From IMG/VR virus record IMGVR_UViG_3300043688_000007: a DNA stretch of 64,000 bases. The stretch is one strand, 5' to 3'. Below, in pieces: positions 35,184 to 42,975 of the stretch (its first letter is position 1; every line of letters begins with the position of its first letter). The translations under genes and the position numbers were made by a program. The notes beneath the pieces were generated by a model. The model searched no databases. It was not told where the DNA came from and saw only the letters and a list, made by a program, of their open reading frames with translations. This DNA comes from a virus.

Positions 35184-35216
35184 GGGCCACCAGGGGAACG
35201 CGACACCTGGTGGCCC
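35184..35216. other. 11-bp perfect hairpin in the 335-bp divergent intergenic region
   Basis: gggccaccagg-(11 nt)-cctggtggccc. Lies downstream of the leftward TAGAAT box at 35290-35295. Confidence 0.45.
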
Positions 35217-35372
35217 CTACGGTGCAGTCGCGCGGAGGCAGGGTTCCGGCAGACTGGAGCCTACTTTAGGAGGGAGGCCCACACTCGTGATTCTACCGTA
35301 CTTTTTCGGATCGCGCTACCCCCGAGTAATAGGGGGTTCTGCAATGGCATTCTGCAAAGGCTGGGGTAACAA

Positions 35373-36395
35373 GTGAATAGTCTCGGAGAAAGGACAGGCC
35401 CATACGGGAACACCGCCCTCAAATATATCAAGGCCGGATGGCCAGAGGCGATGCCCATATGGCAAGGCGGGGCCAAGGATAAGCAGCCGATGGTACGAGG
35501 GTATCACGGCCGTGATGGTACCTGGCCTGACGAAACAACAAGCACGATGTGGGCTGGCAGGTACGCCCGCGCGAACATAGCCCTGCGGCTGCCGCGGTGG
35601 ATCGTTGGGCTCGATGTCGACCACTACTCGGAGAAGTATGGCGGGGATTCCCTGGCCGAACTGCAGGACGAGCTGGGCCCGCTACCTGGGACGTTCGTCT
35701 CTACCTCGCGCGACGACGGCGTGAGCGGTATCAGGCTCTTCATGGTGCCTGGCGACTTCGCCGGGGCTGCGTGGCCGTCTCAGGCTTCGGTCGACATCGA
35801 CATGATTACCTGGTACGAGCGCTACGTGATCGTATCCGCGTCGGTGCACAAGAGTGGCCGGCCGTATCGCTGGCTGCTGCAAGATGAGTACGGCCACAGT
35901 ATGAAGCCGCTGCGCAATGATCGTGTCGTTCCTGCGCCGAGCGACATGGAGATGCTGCCGATCGAGTGGTGCGAGTACCTGACCGGGCTGGCCGGGAATG
36001 GTTCCGAGAAGTGGAATGATTCCAGTTTCGACGGCTCCGCGCGGCAATGGCTCATCGACTATGGCGGCGGCGAGCCGTGCAGGTACATCGAGGGCCGAGC
36101 CGTGCGTATGCTGGAGCGCATGAACGACGGTGGTTCGCTTCACGAAACTACGAAGCTTGCCGTGGCTCAGCTGGTGAAGGCTGCAGCCGAGGGGCATACC
36201 GGAATCAACTCTGCGCTCGCGCCGATACGTGAGCTGTTCATCTATAAGCTCGGCGCGCGGGGTGCGGGCGAGCGTAGGCGCGGGGAGGCCAAGGCAGTAC
36301 AGGAGTGGCGCGCCATGGTGAGCGGTGCCGTCGCGAAGTATGGGGGTGAGGTCGAGGACGAGGACACTGTCTGCAACGAGCTGGCGGGCTTCTGA
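35373..36395 (+). CDS. Bifunctional DNA primase/polymerase (PrimPol, N-terminal Prim-Pol domain)
   Basis: GTG start. ALKYIKAGWPEAMPI...ANIALRLPRWIVGLDVDHY...GGDSLAELQDELGPLPGTFVSTSR...SGIRLF is the typical Prim-Pol pattern. Confidence 0.8.
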   Translation: MNSLGERTGPYGNTALKYIKAGWPEAMPIWQGGAKDKQPMVRGYHGRDGTWPDETTSTMWAGRYARANIALRLPRWIVGLDVDHYSEKYGGDSLAELQDELGPLPGTFVSTSRDDGVSGIRLFMVPGDFAGAAWPSQASVDIDMITWYERYVIVSASVHKSGRPYRWLLQDEYGHSMKPLRNDRVVPAPSDMEMLPIEWCEYLTGLAGNGSEKWNDSSFDGSARQWLIDYGGGEPCRYIEGRAVRMLERMNDGGSLHETTKLAVAQLVKAAAEGHTGINSALAPIRELFIYKLGARGAGERRRGEAKAVQEWRAMVSGAVAKYGGEVEDEDTVCNELAGF

Positions 36396-37690
36396 TGGCG
36401 GCGGACGAGGAGTTTTGGGGCAGCTGCAAGGAGCTACGCCTGATACGTCAGTTCGCGCACTATCATGTAGGCAGTCCGTGGTCATACCTCGGATCGTGTA
36501 TGGCGCGCGCAGTTACTGCTGTGCCGTATAATGTGGTGATACCTGACATCATCGGCAACTACGTGTCGACTGGGATATACATAGCACTGGTAGGCGATCC
36601 CGGTCACGGGAAGGGCAGTTCTGACGGTGCGGCTGCCCGGCTGATGCCGTGCGATATATACTCATCAAAGCTAGGCAGCGGCGAGGGTATCACGCATCAG
36701 TTCGCCTACCGCGACAAGGCTGATGGGGAGCTACAGTGGCGTGAGCGCTCTATCCTGTTCGAGTCATCAGAGGCTGAGACTATGCGCGCCCTAGCTGGGC
36801 GCAAGGACACGACGCTGATGGGAGAGCTACGTAGCGCGTGGATGGGAGAGTCACTAGGCTTCGCGTACTCTGACGTCAGGAAGCGTCTAGTGCTTCCCTC
36901 ACTTAGCTACCGGCTTAGTGTCCTGGCATCATTCACTCCGAGTGTTAGCGATGTGCTTCTGGATGGGGTATATGAGGGCACGCCACAACGGTTCCTCTAT
37001 CTGCCAGTGAGTGAGCCCGAGCTACCCGACGAGGATGCCATCAAAAGGCCGAGGACGCAGCTACACCTGAATGTTCCTCCAGTTAGTGAACTAGACCTGG
37101 TCCAGGTTGAGGTGCCAAGCTGGGTGCGGTATGAGCTACGAGAGGATCACAGGGCAAAGGTGCGCCGTGAGTTCGGGCAGATGAGTGAGGGTGAACTTCT
37201 CGACACTCATATCAATCTGGTACGGCTGAAGGCTGCTTTCGCCCTTGGTCTAGTAACCAACCCCCATCGCCATGATTACTACATCTCTGAGGAGGACTGG
37301 GAGCTATCTGGGTTTGTTATGAACAAATCGCGCGAGACGCGTAATAGGATGATCGAAGCGGCAGAATCCGCGCGGCTGTCAAAGAACAAGAAGGAGGGCA
37401 AAGACCTCGGCGTTAGGTATGAGGCCGCTGATGAGCGTCGCAGGCTAGGTCCAGCAATGGAGCGTATCGAGGTGATACTCAGGGCCGCGAGAAAAGACGG
37501 CAATCCCATAATGAGTCCGGGTCACATTCGCCAGAAAATGAGTCCCAATCAGCGCAAGCTATTTGACGAGGCAGTCCAGCCTCTTATCAGAGACGGAAAG
37601 GTGGAAGAAGTGAAGGGAGTCATTGCTACTTCGGCGCAGGGCAGGCGGGCTCTTAGCGTTAGATTCCGGTGGGCGAAGCGAGCGATCTAA
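36395..37690 (+). CDS. DUF3987-like NTPase (primase-associated helicase/loader-like), paralog 2
   Basis: TGATG coupling to PrimPol. IALVGDPGHGKGSS P-loop. ILFESSEAE Walker-B-like segment. Confidence 0.6.
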   Translation: MAADEEFWGSCKELRLIRQFAHYHVGSPWSYLGSCMARAVTAVPYNVVIPDIIGNYVSTGIYIALVGDPGHGKGSSDGAAARLMPCDIYSSKLGSGEGITHQFAYRDKADGELQWRERSILFESSEAETMRALAGRKDTTLMGELRSAWMGESLGFAYSDVRKRLVLPSLSYRLSVLASFTPSVSDVLLDGVYEGTPQRFLYLPVSEPELPDEDAIKRPRTQLHLNVPPVSELDLVQVEVPSWVRYELREDHRAKVRREFGQMSEGELLDTHINLVRLKAAFALGLVTNPHRHDYYISEEDWELSGFVMNKSRETRNRMIEAAESARLSKNKKEGKDLGVRYEAADERRRLGPAMERIEVILRAARKDGNPIMSPGHIRQKMSPNQRKLFDEAVQPLIRDGKVEEVKGVIATSAQGRRALSVRFRWAKRAI

Positions 37691-37977
37691 CCCATGGCAG
37701 CAAATCTAACCCTAAATCTAACCCACCTAACCCTTTCGACCTGCGGCGATACCGCTAAAATCGGTGGGTTAGATGGGTTAGATGGCATCGGGAGAGAAAA
37801 AGGGAAAAAGTATCAAAGAGAAAACTACAGGGAGAAGATAGCAAACATAGTCTGACCAGGTATTATATATAATATACAAACAAAAAGTGTTCACGTATTA
37901 TAAAGAGTTTGATATGTATTTCGAGAGTCGATTTTTTCCCGGATACGATCTAACCCATCTAACCCATCTAACCCACC
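37685..37977. repeat. Ori-like locus: ATCTAACCC iterons in direct and inverted orientation flanking a very AT-rich core
   Basis: Direct copies at 37685, 37704, 37716 (plus acctaaccc at 37725). Inverted gggttagat x2 at 37766-37783. Three tandem copies at 37948-37974. The core includes tattatatataatatacaaacaaaaag. Confidence 0.65.
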
Positions 37978-38047
37978 GCACGCGGAGGTACGAACTGGCG
38001 AAAAATATCGGCGGCAAAATCTGGCAATCAGACTGCAAGGAGGGACC

Positions 38048-38224
38048 ATGAGTTCAGACCCTTATATATGGTTTCTGACGGGAATGTCGGAAAATGAGTG
38101 GAAGGAGATTTATCATTGTTACGAAGAATGCTGTCACGTATCGACAGTGAAGAGTCTAGGCGCACGTGTCCCGTGTGGACCTCACTGCGAGGTCGACCTA
38201 GACTGGTCGTTCTTCCACGGGTAG
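38048..38224 (+). CDS. Small Cys-rich protein (58 aa; below ORF-track cutoff)
   Basis: AAGGAGGG 3 nt upstream. MSSDPYIWFLTGMSENEWKEIYHCYEECCHVSTVKSLGARVPCGPHCEVDLDWSFFHG. Visibly lower GC than its surroundings. Confidence 0.5.
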   Translation: MSSDPYIWFLTGMSENEWKEIYHCYEECCHVSTVKSLGARVPCGPHCEVDLDWSFFHG

Positions 38225-38233
38225 AATACCCTT

Positions 38234-38671
38234 ATGGCAGATCACAGGAAGCACACTACATTCCCCTTTATACGCAAGCGGGTGCCGCTACCAACTGCGC
38301 GTACGAACGCGCGGAGATCACTACTGCTCATCTCGCCCATCGAGGACGCATTCTGGCGTGCACATGAAAAGCTACGTCTGCGGCCGCTAACCGGGCTACA
38401 GCGTCAATATCGCGTCGGCCCATATCGGCTCGACTTTGCGTTGCCAAGGCAGATGGTTGGCATTGAGCTAGACGGTCACCGTACGCATAGCAGTACGCAG
38501 GCTATTGCGGCCGACCGGATACGGCAACGCTGGTTCGAGGCCAATGGCTGGTACATCATTAGGTTCGGCGGCTTGGAGATACACCAGGATGCTGAAGCCT
38601 GCGTACGCGAGGCAGCAGCAATGGTGCAGGGCCACAAGTACAGGACAAGACACAGAACAGGGAGACGTTGA
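38234..38671 (+). CDS. DUF559 / Vsr-like endonuclease-domain protein
   Basis: YRVGPYRLDFALPRQMVGIELDGHRTHSS...RIRQRWFEANGWYIIRF is the DUF559 pattern. Confidence 0.7.
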   Translation: MADHRKHTTFPFIRKRVPLPTARTNARRSLLLISPIEDAFWRAHEKLRLRPLTGLQRQYRVGPYRLDFALPRQMVGIELDGHRTHSSTQAIAADRIRQRWFEANGWYIIRFGGLEIHQDAEACVREAAAMVQGHKYRTRHRTGRR

Positions 38672-38686
38672 CGCTATGGCAGGGAA

Positions 38687-39082
38687 TTGCAGCATTCCTG
38701 GCAATCGGAGCGATATGCGCTATCTACGCCTGGATCGCAATACACCTATACGAAGGGACGTGGTTCCGTGACTTATACAGGCAGGCGTCGAATCCCATTG
38801 CCGCCGGATTGGCCTCAAATCCGGGCATTCGTCCTCAGGCGCGATCCGGTATGCACCTGGGGCAGCCTCGATGAGGACATGGCAGAGCCCGGGCGCTGTC
38901 CCAACCGATCGACCGACGCGGATCACATAGGCGAGCCCTGGGACCATCGTCCAGCCCAACTCCGAGGCCTATGTACTAACCATCACGCGACTCGCACAGG
39001 CCGGCAGGGCGCGGCAGGTGCAGCTCGAGTTGCACGTTCCCGTAAGCGCCCACCGGAACCACACCCAGGATATGTAAAATGA
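38687..39082 (+). CDS. HNH endonuclease
   Basis: WPQIRAFVLRRDPVCTW...STDADHIGEP...LRGLCTNHHATRTG. The N-terminal extent is uncertain. Confidence 0.7.
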   Translation: MQHSWQSERYALSTPGSQYTYTKGRGSVTYTGRRRIPLPPDWPQIRAFVLRRDPVCTWGSLDEDMAEPGRCPNRSTDADHIGEPWDHRPAQLRGLCTNHHATRTGRQGAAGAARVARSRKRPPEPHPGYVK

Positions 39083-39174
39083 GTGACAGAGTTCTCTTCA
39101 TACTTGCAGCAGTGCTGGCAGTGGCAATTATCGTGATCATCGCCTTGTTCTATCGCGATATCAACGTCGTGTAG
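39079..39174 (+). CDS. 31-aa hydrophobic peptide
   Basis: MSDRVLFILAAVLAVAIIVIIALFYRDINVV. ATGA overlap with the HNH stop. Confidence 0.4.
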   Translation: MSDRVLFILAAVLAVAIIVIIALFYRDINVV

Positions 39175-39191
39175 TCGACCGTAGTCGACCC
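39169..39191 (+). repeat. Two tandem GTAGTCGACC decamers (same motif as the 49-kb array)
   Basis: gtGTAGTCGACCGTAGTCGACCc, ~115 bp upstream of the DUF2637/Lsr2-like gene. Confidence 0.6.
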
Positions 39192-39306
39192 TCGTCGAGC
39201 TGCAGGGCCCATCTCCGCGACTCGCCGGTGCGACCTGGGGTTTATCGCTTTTCGGCCGTCCCAGCGTTAGGCTTAAACCCTGTTCGTACCAACGAAAGGC
39301 AGGAAA

Positions 39307-40146
39307 GTGGACAGAGCGCGAAAGATAGTGGCTGCAGTAACTGGAGGGTCGCTGTGGCTGGTCATCCTCGTGCCCGTGCTAGCTATCAGCTGGGTCGGGT
39401 TCTACACGATTGCCCGGGCTGTGGGCGTGCCGCCGCTATTCGCTATGGGCATGTCAGCAGCCTTCGACGGTGTAGCGATCTTCGCTGCACGGACGGGCCT
39501 AAAGCACAGGCGCAAGGGCTTCAGCGGTTACCTTGCACGTATCACCGTCCTCATGTTCGTAGCGCTCGGCGTGTTCGTGCAGAGCTTCCACAGCGATACG
39601 ACCACGTGGGTGCACAACCACGCCTGGGTAGTCTGGGCAGTCGCCCCGATCGCTGCAGCGATATGCTACGAGCTGCACCTCGGCTGGATTCATCGCAAGC
39701 AACTCATCAAGCACGGCTATACCCATCCCTCTGCAAAGAGCGGCTACGGCCCTGCAACATGGCTCATGATCGGCGGTACGCTCCGTGAGTATCGCAACGG
39801 CCTGCGCGCGCGGAGGGACTTCATCTCTGCAACGAACCTTGCACGGTTCCGCATCGAAGAGGATGAGCAGCCCGTGATACCCCCTGCAGTGCCGCCGAAG
39901 CCTGCGCTGAAGCCGCGTCCTCGTCCAAGGCCGCAGCCGAAACCAGAGCTGCAGGGACCTCCCGGTCCACGGCTCGTACATTCCACAAGGCCAGCTTCCA
40001 AGCGTCGTGCAGTTACCGAGAACATGAAGATCGCTGCATGGTGCCGCGAGCAGGGCATCCAACTGGGCTACCGAGATCGAGTGCCTGCAGAGGGACTGCG
40101 CCGTTACCGTGCAGCACACCCTTCAACCAGTCGTGCAGCAGCCTGA
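39307..40146 (+). CDS. DUF2637-like multi-pass membrane protein fused to Lsr2-type C-terminal DNA-binding domain
   Basis: GTG start. 4-5 TM spans in the first ~170 aa. Pro-rich linker. C terminus KIAAWCREQGIQLGYRDRVPAEGLRRYRAAH aligns with Lsr2 [29 protein letters not shown]. Confidence 0.7.
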   Translation: MDRARKIVAAVTGGSLWLVILVPVLAISWVGFYTIARAVGVPPLFAMGMSAAFDGVAIFAARTGLKHRRKGFSGYLARITVLMFVALGVFVQSFHSDTTTWVHNHAWVVWAVAPIAAAICYELHLGWIHRKQLIKHGYTHPSAKSGYGPATWLMIGGTLREYRNGLRARRDFISATNLARFRIEEDEQPVIPPAVPPKPALKPRPRPRPQPKPELQGPPGPRLVHSTRPASKRRAVTENMKIAAWCREQGIQLGYRDRVPAEGLRRYRAAHPSTSRAAA

Positions 40147-40226
40147 TTCGTTGGGCTAGACCTCGATAGCGTTTTCGGGTAGGCTACCCGCTAAGCTCGC
40201 ATCGGCCGGTGCGGGTGGAGGCAACG

Positions 40227-40261
40227 CCCAGTCCTGCGCGAGCGATCGTTGCGGGACTGGG
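40227..40261 (+). other. Hairpin downstream of the Lsr2-like gene
   Basis: cccagtcctgc-(13 nt)-gcgggactggg (one G-U pair). Confidence 0.35.
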
Positions 40262-40286
40262 TAAGCTACAGTACAGGAGGCAGGAC

Positions 40287-40436
40287 ATGAGCAAGGAAGC
40301 CATGGTCGAGGAGCAGATGCTGCTTGGCCTGGATGATCGCACGGCCGAGGCCATAGCCGACGAGAATGCAGGTCTGCAGAGTGAGGCCAAGGTCCTCGCC
40401 CGCATCGAGCTGGCTCAGGAGCTAAACGCTGCATAG
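40287..40436 (+). CDS. Small acidic protein (49 aa)
   Basis: Start MSKEAMVEEQ after AGGAGGCAGG. Confidence 0.45.
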   Translation: MSKEAMVEEQMLLGLDDRTAEAIADENAGLQSEAKVLARIELAQELNAA

Positions 40437-40471
40437 CCATATCAACTAGCGCCGGGGTGAGGAGAGGCATC

Positions 40472-40840
40472 ATGGGGCTTTTGTTTGGCGGCAATGGCAA
40501 TCCAAAGAAGCGTGGCAACACCGGCAGGAATGACGCTGCCAACAACACCAGGAAGTCATGGTGGAATTCTGGCCATGTCATCTCGAATGATGATCACCAC
40601 AATTCCATGTTCAACCTTGGCCTGAGTGGCCGAGAGCGTCGTGCCCTTGCCAGGGAGAACTCCAGGCCATGGGGACAGTCGACGTTCGCATCGAAGTCTG
40701 TATCAGACCGGGCGAAAGAAGCGCAACGCCGGGCGAAGTCCAAGGCAAAGGGTAGAAAGCCTGTTGAGAAGCGCGAAGGTCCGTTCGGCATGCAACGCGT
40801 GACCAAGCAGAACAAAGGCTGGTTTAGCTTATGGAAGTGA
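40472..40840 (+). CDS. Basic (Lys/Arg/Asn-rich) hypothetical protein
   Basis: Start MGLLFGGNGNPKKRG after GAGGAGAGG. Confidence 0.5.
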   Translation: MGLLFGGNGNPKKRGNTGRNDAANNTRKSWWNSGHVISNDDHHNSMFNLGLSGRERRALARENSRPWGQSTFASKSVSDRAKEAQRRAKSKAKGRKPVEKREGPFGMQRVTKQNKGWFSLWK

Positions 40841-41121
40841 TCCTTGACCGCGACACTGGACGTGTCTATGTCAAGCGTGAGCGTACGCCAGAAGGTGTTA
40901 CGCCGAAGCACACCCACCAGTACGCCAAGTTTGGGGTGACGCTGGTCTGGGATGGCCGGGGTGAGTTGCTTGGCATCGAGTTCGACAGCGACAGCCATGA
41001 GCTCGCTACCATTCGCACGCTCAGCAGTGAGGAATTGCGCGAGCGCGAGCGTGGACCTGAAATGCCTAGCGGGATGCTGTTACAAGACGCGCAAAAAGGG
41101 CAACAGAGTGGCGGCAATTGA
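40831..41121 (+). CDS. DUF2283-like small protein
   Basis: VILDRDTGRVYVKR...GELLGIEFDS resembles the DUF2283 pattern. Confidence 0.5.
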   Translation: MEVILDRDTGRVYVKRERTPEGVTPKHTHQYAKFGVTLVWDGRGELLGIEFDSDSHELATIRTLSSEELRERERGPEMPSGMLLQDAQKGQQSGGN

Positions 41122-41130
41122 AGCTACTAG

Positions 41131-41159
41131 TTGACCTACTATCTTAACTATCAAAATAT
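41131..41159 (+). promoter_or_regulatory. TTGACC-N17-AAATAT promoter-like element whose spacer is an operator-like 17-mer
   Basis: TTGACCTACTATCTTAACTATCAAAATAT. An inverted partner 17-mer lies at 41224-41240. Confidence 0.4.
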
Positions 41160-41496
41160 GTGCAGAGCCGGGGAGACTTGGAGGCTATCATGCGTGTTCA
41201 GTGGCAGTAGGGGCAAAGTTTTACGTAGTTTAGATAGTACGCTCGTCGGTTCGGACGCTTCCCGGTCTGTAGCTCGGGTCGGGGTGGCGGCCGGCTGCAG
41301 GCCATCGGCGTAGGCTGATATCAAGGTCGAAGGCGGTGTGATATGAGAAACACCTGGATATAGCTTGCTAGAGGTCGGAGTTGTTCTCGTCCCTCTGAGA
41401 GGTCACGTTCACAGAAGGGAGATCAGCGAGAGCACCATGGTAGCCAGCGCGAACGCCGTGCTCCCGGCTTGGATTGAATCCTTGGCTACCTCCAAT

Positions 41497-41537
41497 GCGA
41501 ACACCCCGTGTCAGCCCGCACTGACCGGGGTGTTCGC
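41497..41537. terminator. Strong 12+5-bp hairpin at convergence of + island and - block
   Basis: gcgaacaccccg-t-gtcag-cccgca-ctgac-cggggtgttcgc. Confidence 0.65.
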
Positions 41538-41549
41538 GTTCGGCGCAGA

Positions 41550-41825
41550 TCAGCAGACCAGCAGTCCTCCGTCGTACATGGATGCCGTGATCTTCAGCGA
41601 TTCTGGGTCCTCGTTCCTGGCCTCGATCCACTTCATAATCGCCTTGACCACGGTGGGCGGGGCGTCAAGGATCACGATACCGTTGCTGAGCACCGTGTTG
41701 CTTTCCCTGGCGATGAACCCGATCTGGATTTTCACCGGTGCGGTAATGTTGTTACTGGTGCCGTCACCAGCCTGCACCCGGGCGATCTCCCCGAGTAGGC
41801 TGGTCTTGCTGCTGTTGCTGATCAT
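41550..41825 (-). CDS. Hypothetical protein
   Basis: 91 aa. GGGAGGGA RBS and ATGA overlap with the upstream stop. Confidence 0.5.
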   Translation of the reverse strand: MISNSSKTSLLGEIARVQAGDGTSNNITAPVKIQIGFIARESNTVLSNGIVILDAPPTVVKAIMKWIEARNEDPESLKITASMYDGGLLVC

Positions 41826-42223
41826 GATCCCTCCCGGGGATAGTCGATCACGGCCATGGGCTGGTCCGTGCCGTGGTTGCCGTTGACTGCGTTGTCGAGT
41901 GCGTCGAGCACTTCCTCGACCTTGATCCAGCGCTCCGTGAACCCGGAGAACCAGATGTAGGCGTCGCGTACGTCATCCTGCTCGCTGAGGAACGTACCGT
42001 CCTTGTGCGTGAACGCCCGCATGACCAGGTCCATCTGCCGAGGCACATTCGAGCCCGGGTCATGCCCTACCGGATACCAGCGCATCTTGACGCCGCTCTG
42101 GTGGCTGCTCGCCTGCACCGCGCGGAGTAGGTCGGAGAGCAGCTGCAGCTTGTACAGCGATAGCACGCGCTCCTTGGGCGGTGGCCCAGCTGCAGCCTCG
42201 ATGATTCTGCTCCGGTCAGCCAC
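41822..42223 (-). CDS. Hypothetical protein (133 aa)
   Basis: GTG start in GTGGCTGA overlap with the upstream stop. The rest of the listed 199-aa ORF overlaps 42216..42533 out of frame. Confidence 0.5.
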   Translation of the reverse strand: MADRSRIIEAAAGPPPKERVLSLYKLQLLSDLLRAVQASSHQSGVKMRWYPVGHDPGSNVPRQMDLVMRAFTHKDGTFLSEQDDVRDAYIWFSGFTERWIKVEEVLDALDNAVNGNHGTDQPMAVIDYPREGS

Positions 42224-42533
42224 GGCACACCGCCTTGAGCTGGTAGCGCCAGTTGATCTCGCCTGCAGGAATCCCGTCCGGCAGAGTCTGTGGCGGCATC
42301 CCTTCGCTGTTGAGTTGCTGGGGCTCCAGCTGTGCGACCGCCGACCCGTACGAGACGATCTTGCAGTGACCCAGCTCGGGGTGACCCAGCTCGGCGTTCT
42401 CGTACACGGCCACGCCGTCACCGCGCGTCAGCCAGCGCTCGATCAGATTCCTTGTATCGAGCGCGTCTTGCCCGTATTGCTCCTGCACGTACGCGAACAG
42501 TTCGTCACGTGTCCAGGTGTCCGTTCCTGCCAT
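42216..42533 (-). CDS. Hypothetical protein
   Basis: ATG at 42533 (MAGTDTWTRDELFAYV...). Confidence 0.55.
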   Translation of the reverse strand: MAGTDTWTRDELFAYVQEQYGQDALDTRNLIERWLTRGDGVAVYENAELGHPELGHCKIVSYGSAVAQLEPQQLNSEGMPPQTLPDGIPAGEINWRYQLKAVCRG

Positions 42534-42535
42534 GT

Positions 42536-42790
42536 TTACCAATGCCCCTTCGCCGGGTGAACGATGCGGCCGTGCGACCGCTGAATTGAGTAGTGCCAGT
42601 AGCTGACGTGGTCGGTGTCATTGTAGTGCTCACTCTGCAGGTTGTAGACAGCTACCTCGCCATCTCTGTCCTTGTACAGCTCGGTCAGCCAGTCACACTC
42701 ACGGCATTCGATTGCGTGATATGTGACCAGCGTGTCAGGCGTCTTTTCTGACGTCTTCGGCATGCCTAGGTTGACTACCTCGCCCTTCAT
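42536..42790 (-). CDS. Hypothetical protein (CxxC, 84 aa)
   Basis: Start MKGEVVNLG after AAGGAGG. ATGA overlap. Confidence 0.55.
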   Translation of the reverse strand: MKGEVVNLGMPKTSEKTPDTLVTYHAIECRECDWLTELYKDRDGEVAVYNLQSEHYNDTDHVSYWHYSIQRSHGRIVHPAKGHW

Positions 42791-42975
42791 GCCCTTGCCT
42801 CCTTGACTACGGCCCACCGGACCCATTCAGTCCCGTGGTCATACGCATAGTTGATGTGAAGCTGGTCGGCTATTACCAGCAACAACCTTCTTGGTACGCT
42901 ACGCGCGACCGCGTAAGCTGCACCTGCCGTCTCAGCCTCCGTGATCCGCGTGATGATGTCGTTGACGGTTGCCAT
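42787..42975 (-). CDS. Hypothetical protein
   Basis: 62 aa. Stop/start coupling on both sides. Confidence 0.5.
   Translation of the reverse strand: MATVNDIITRITEAETAGAAYAVARSVPRRLLLVIADQLHINYAYDHGTEWVRWAVVKEARA

Noticed and set aside
35682-36485. 267-aa - strand ORF antisense to PrimPol, and 39499..40119 antisense to the Lsr2-like gene
   Set aside because: Arg/Pro/Leu-rich composition is typical of an antisense frame in GC-rich DNA. The sense-strand genes have clear domain motifs.
41122-41549. tRNA genes in this gap and in 49440-49740
   Set aside because: No acceptor/T-arm cloverleaf could be drawn. Candidate anticodon-like stem-loops (e.g. ccatca-cgcattc-tgatgg at ~49552) lack U33 and the other arms. 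A tRNAscan-SE run would be decisive.
41550-41825. Possible degenerate ParA/SIMIBI NTPase (SSKTSLL..., VILDAPPT) that could pair with the repeat array as a partition system
   Set aside because: It is only 91 aa, lacks a real Walker A (no GxxGxGK[ST]), and is 7 kb from the array. The resemblance is too weak.
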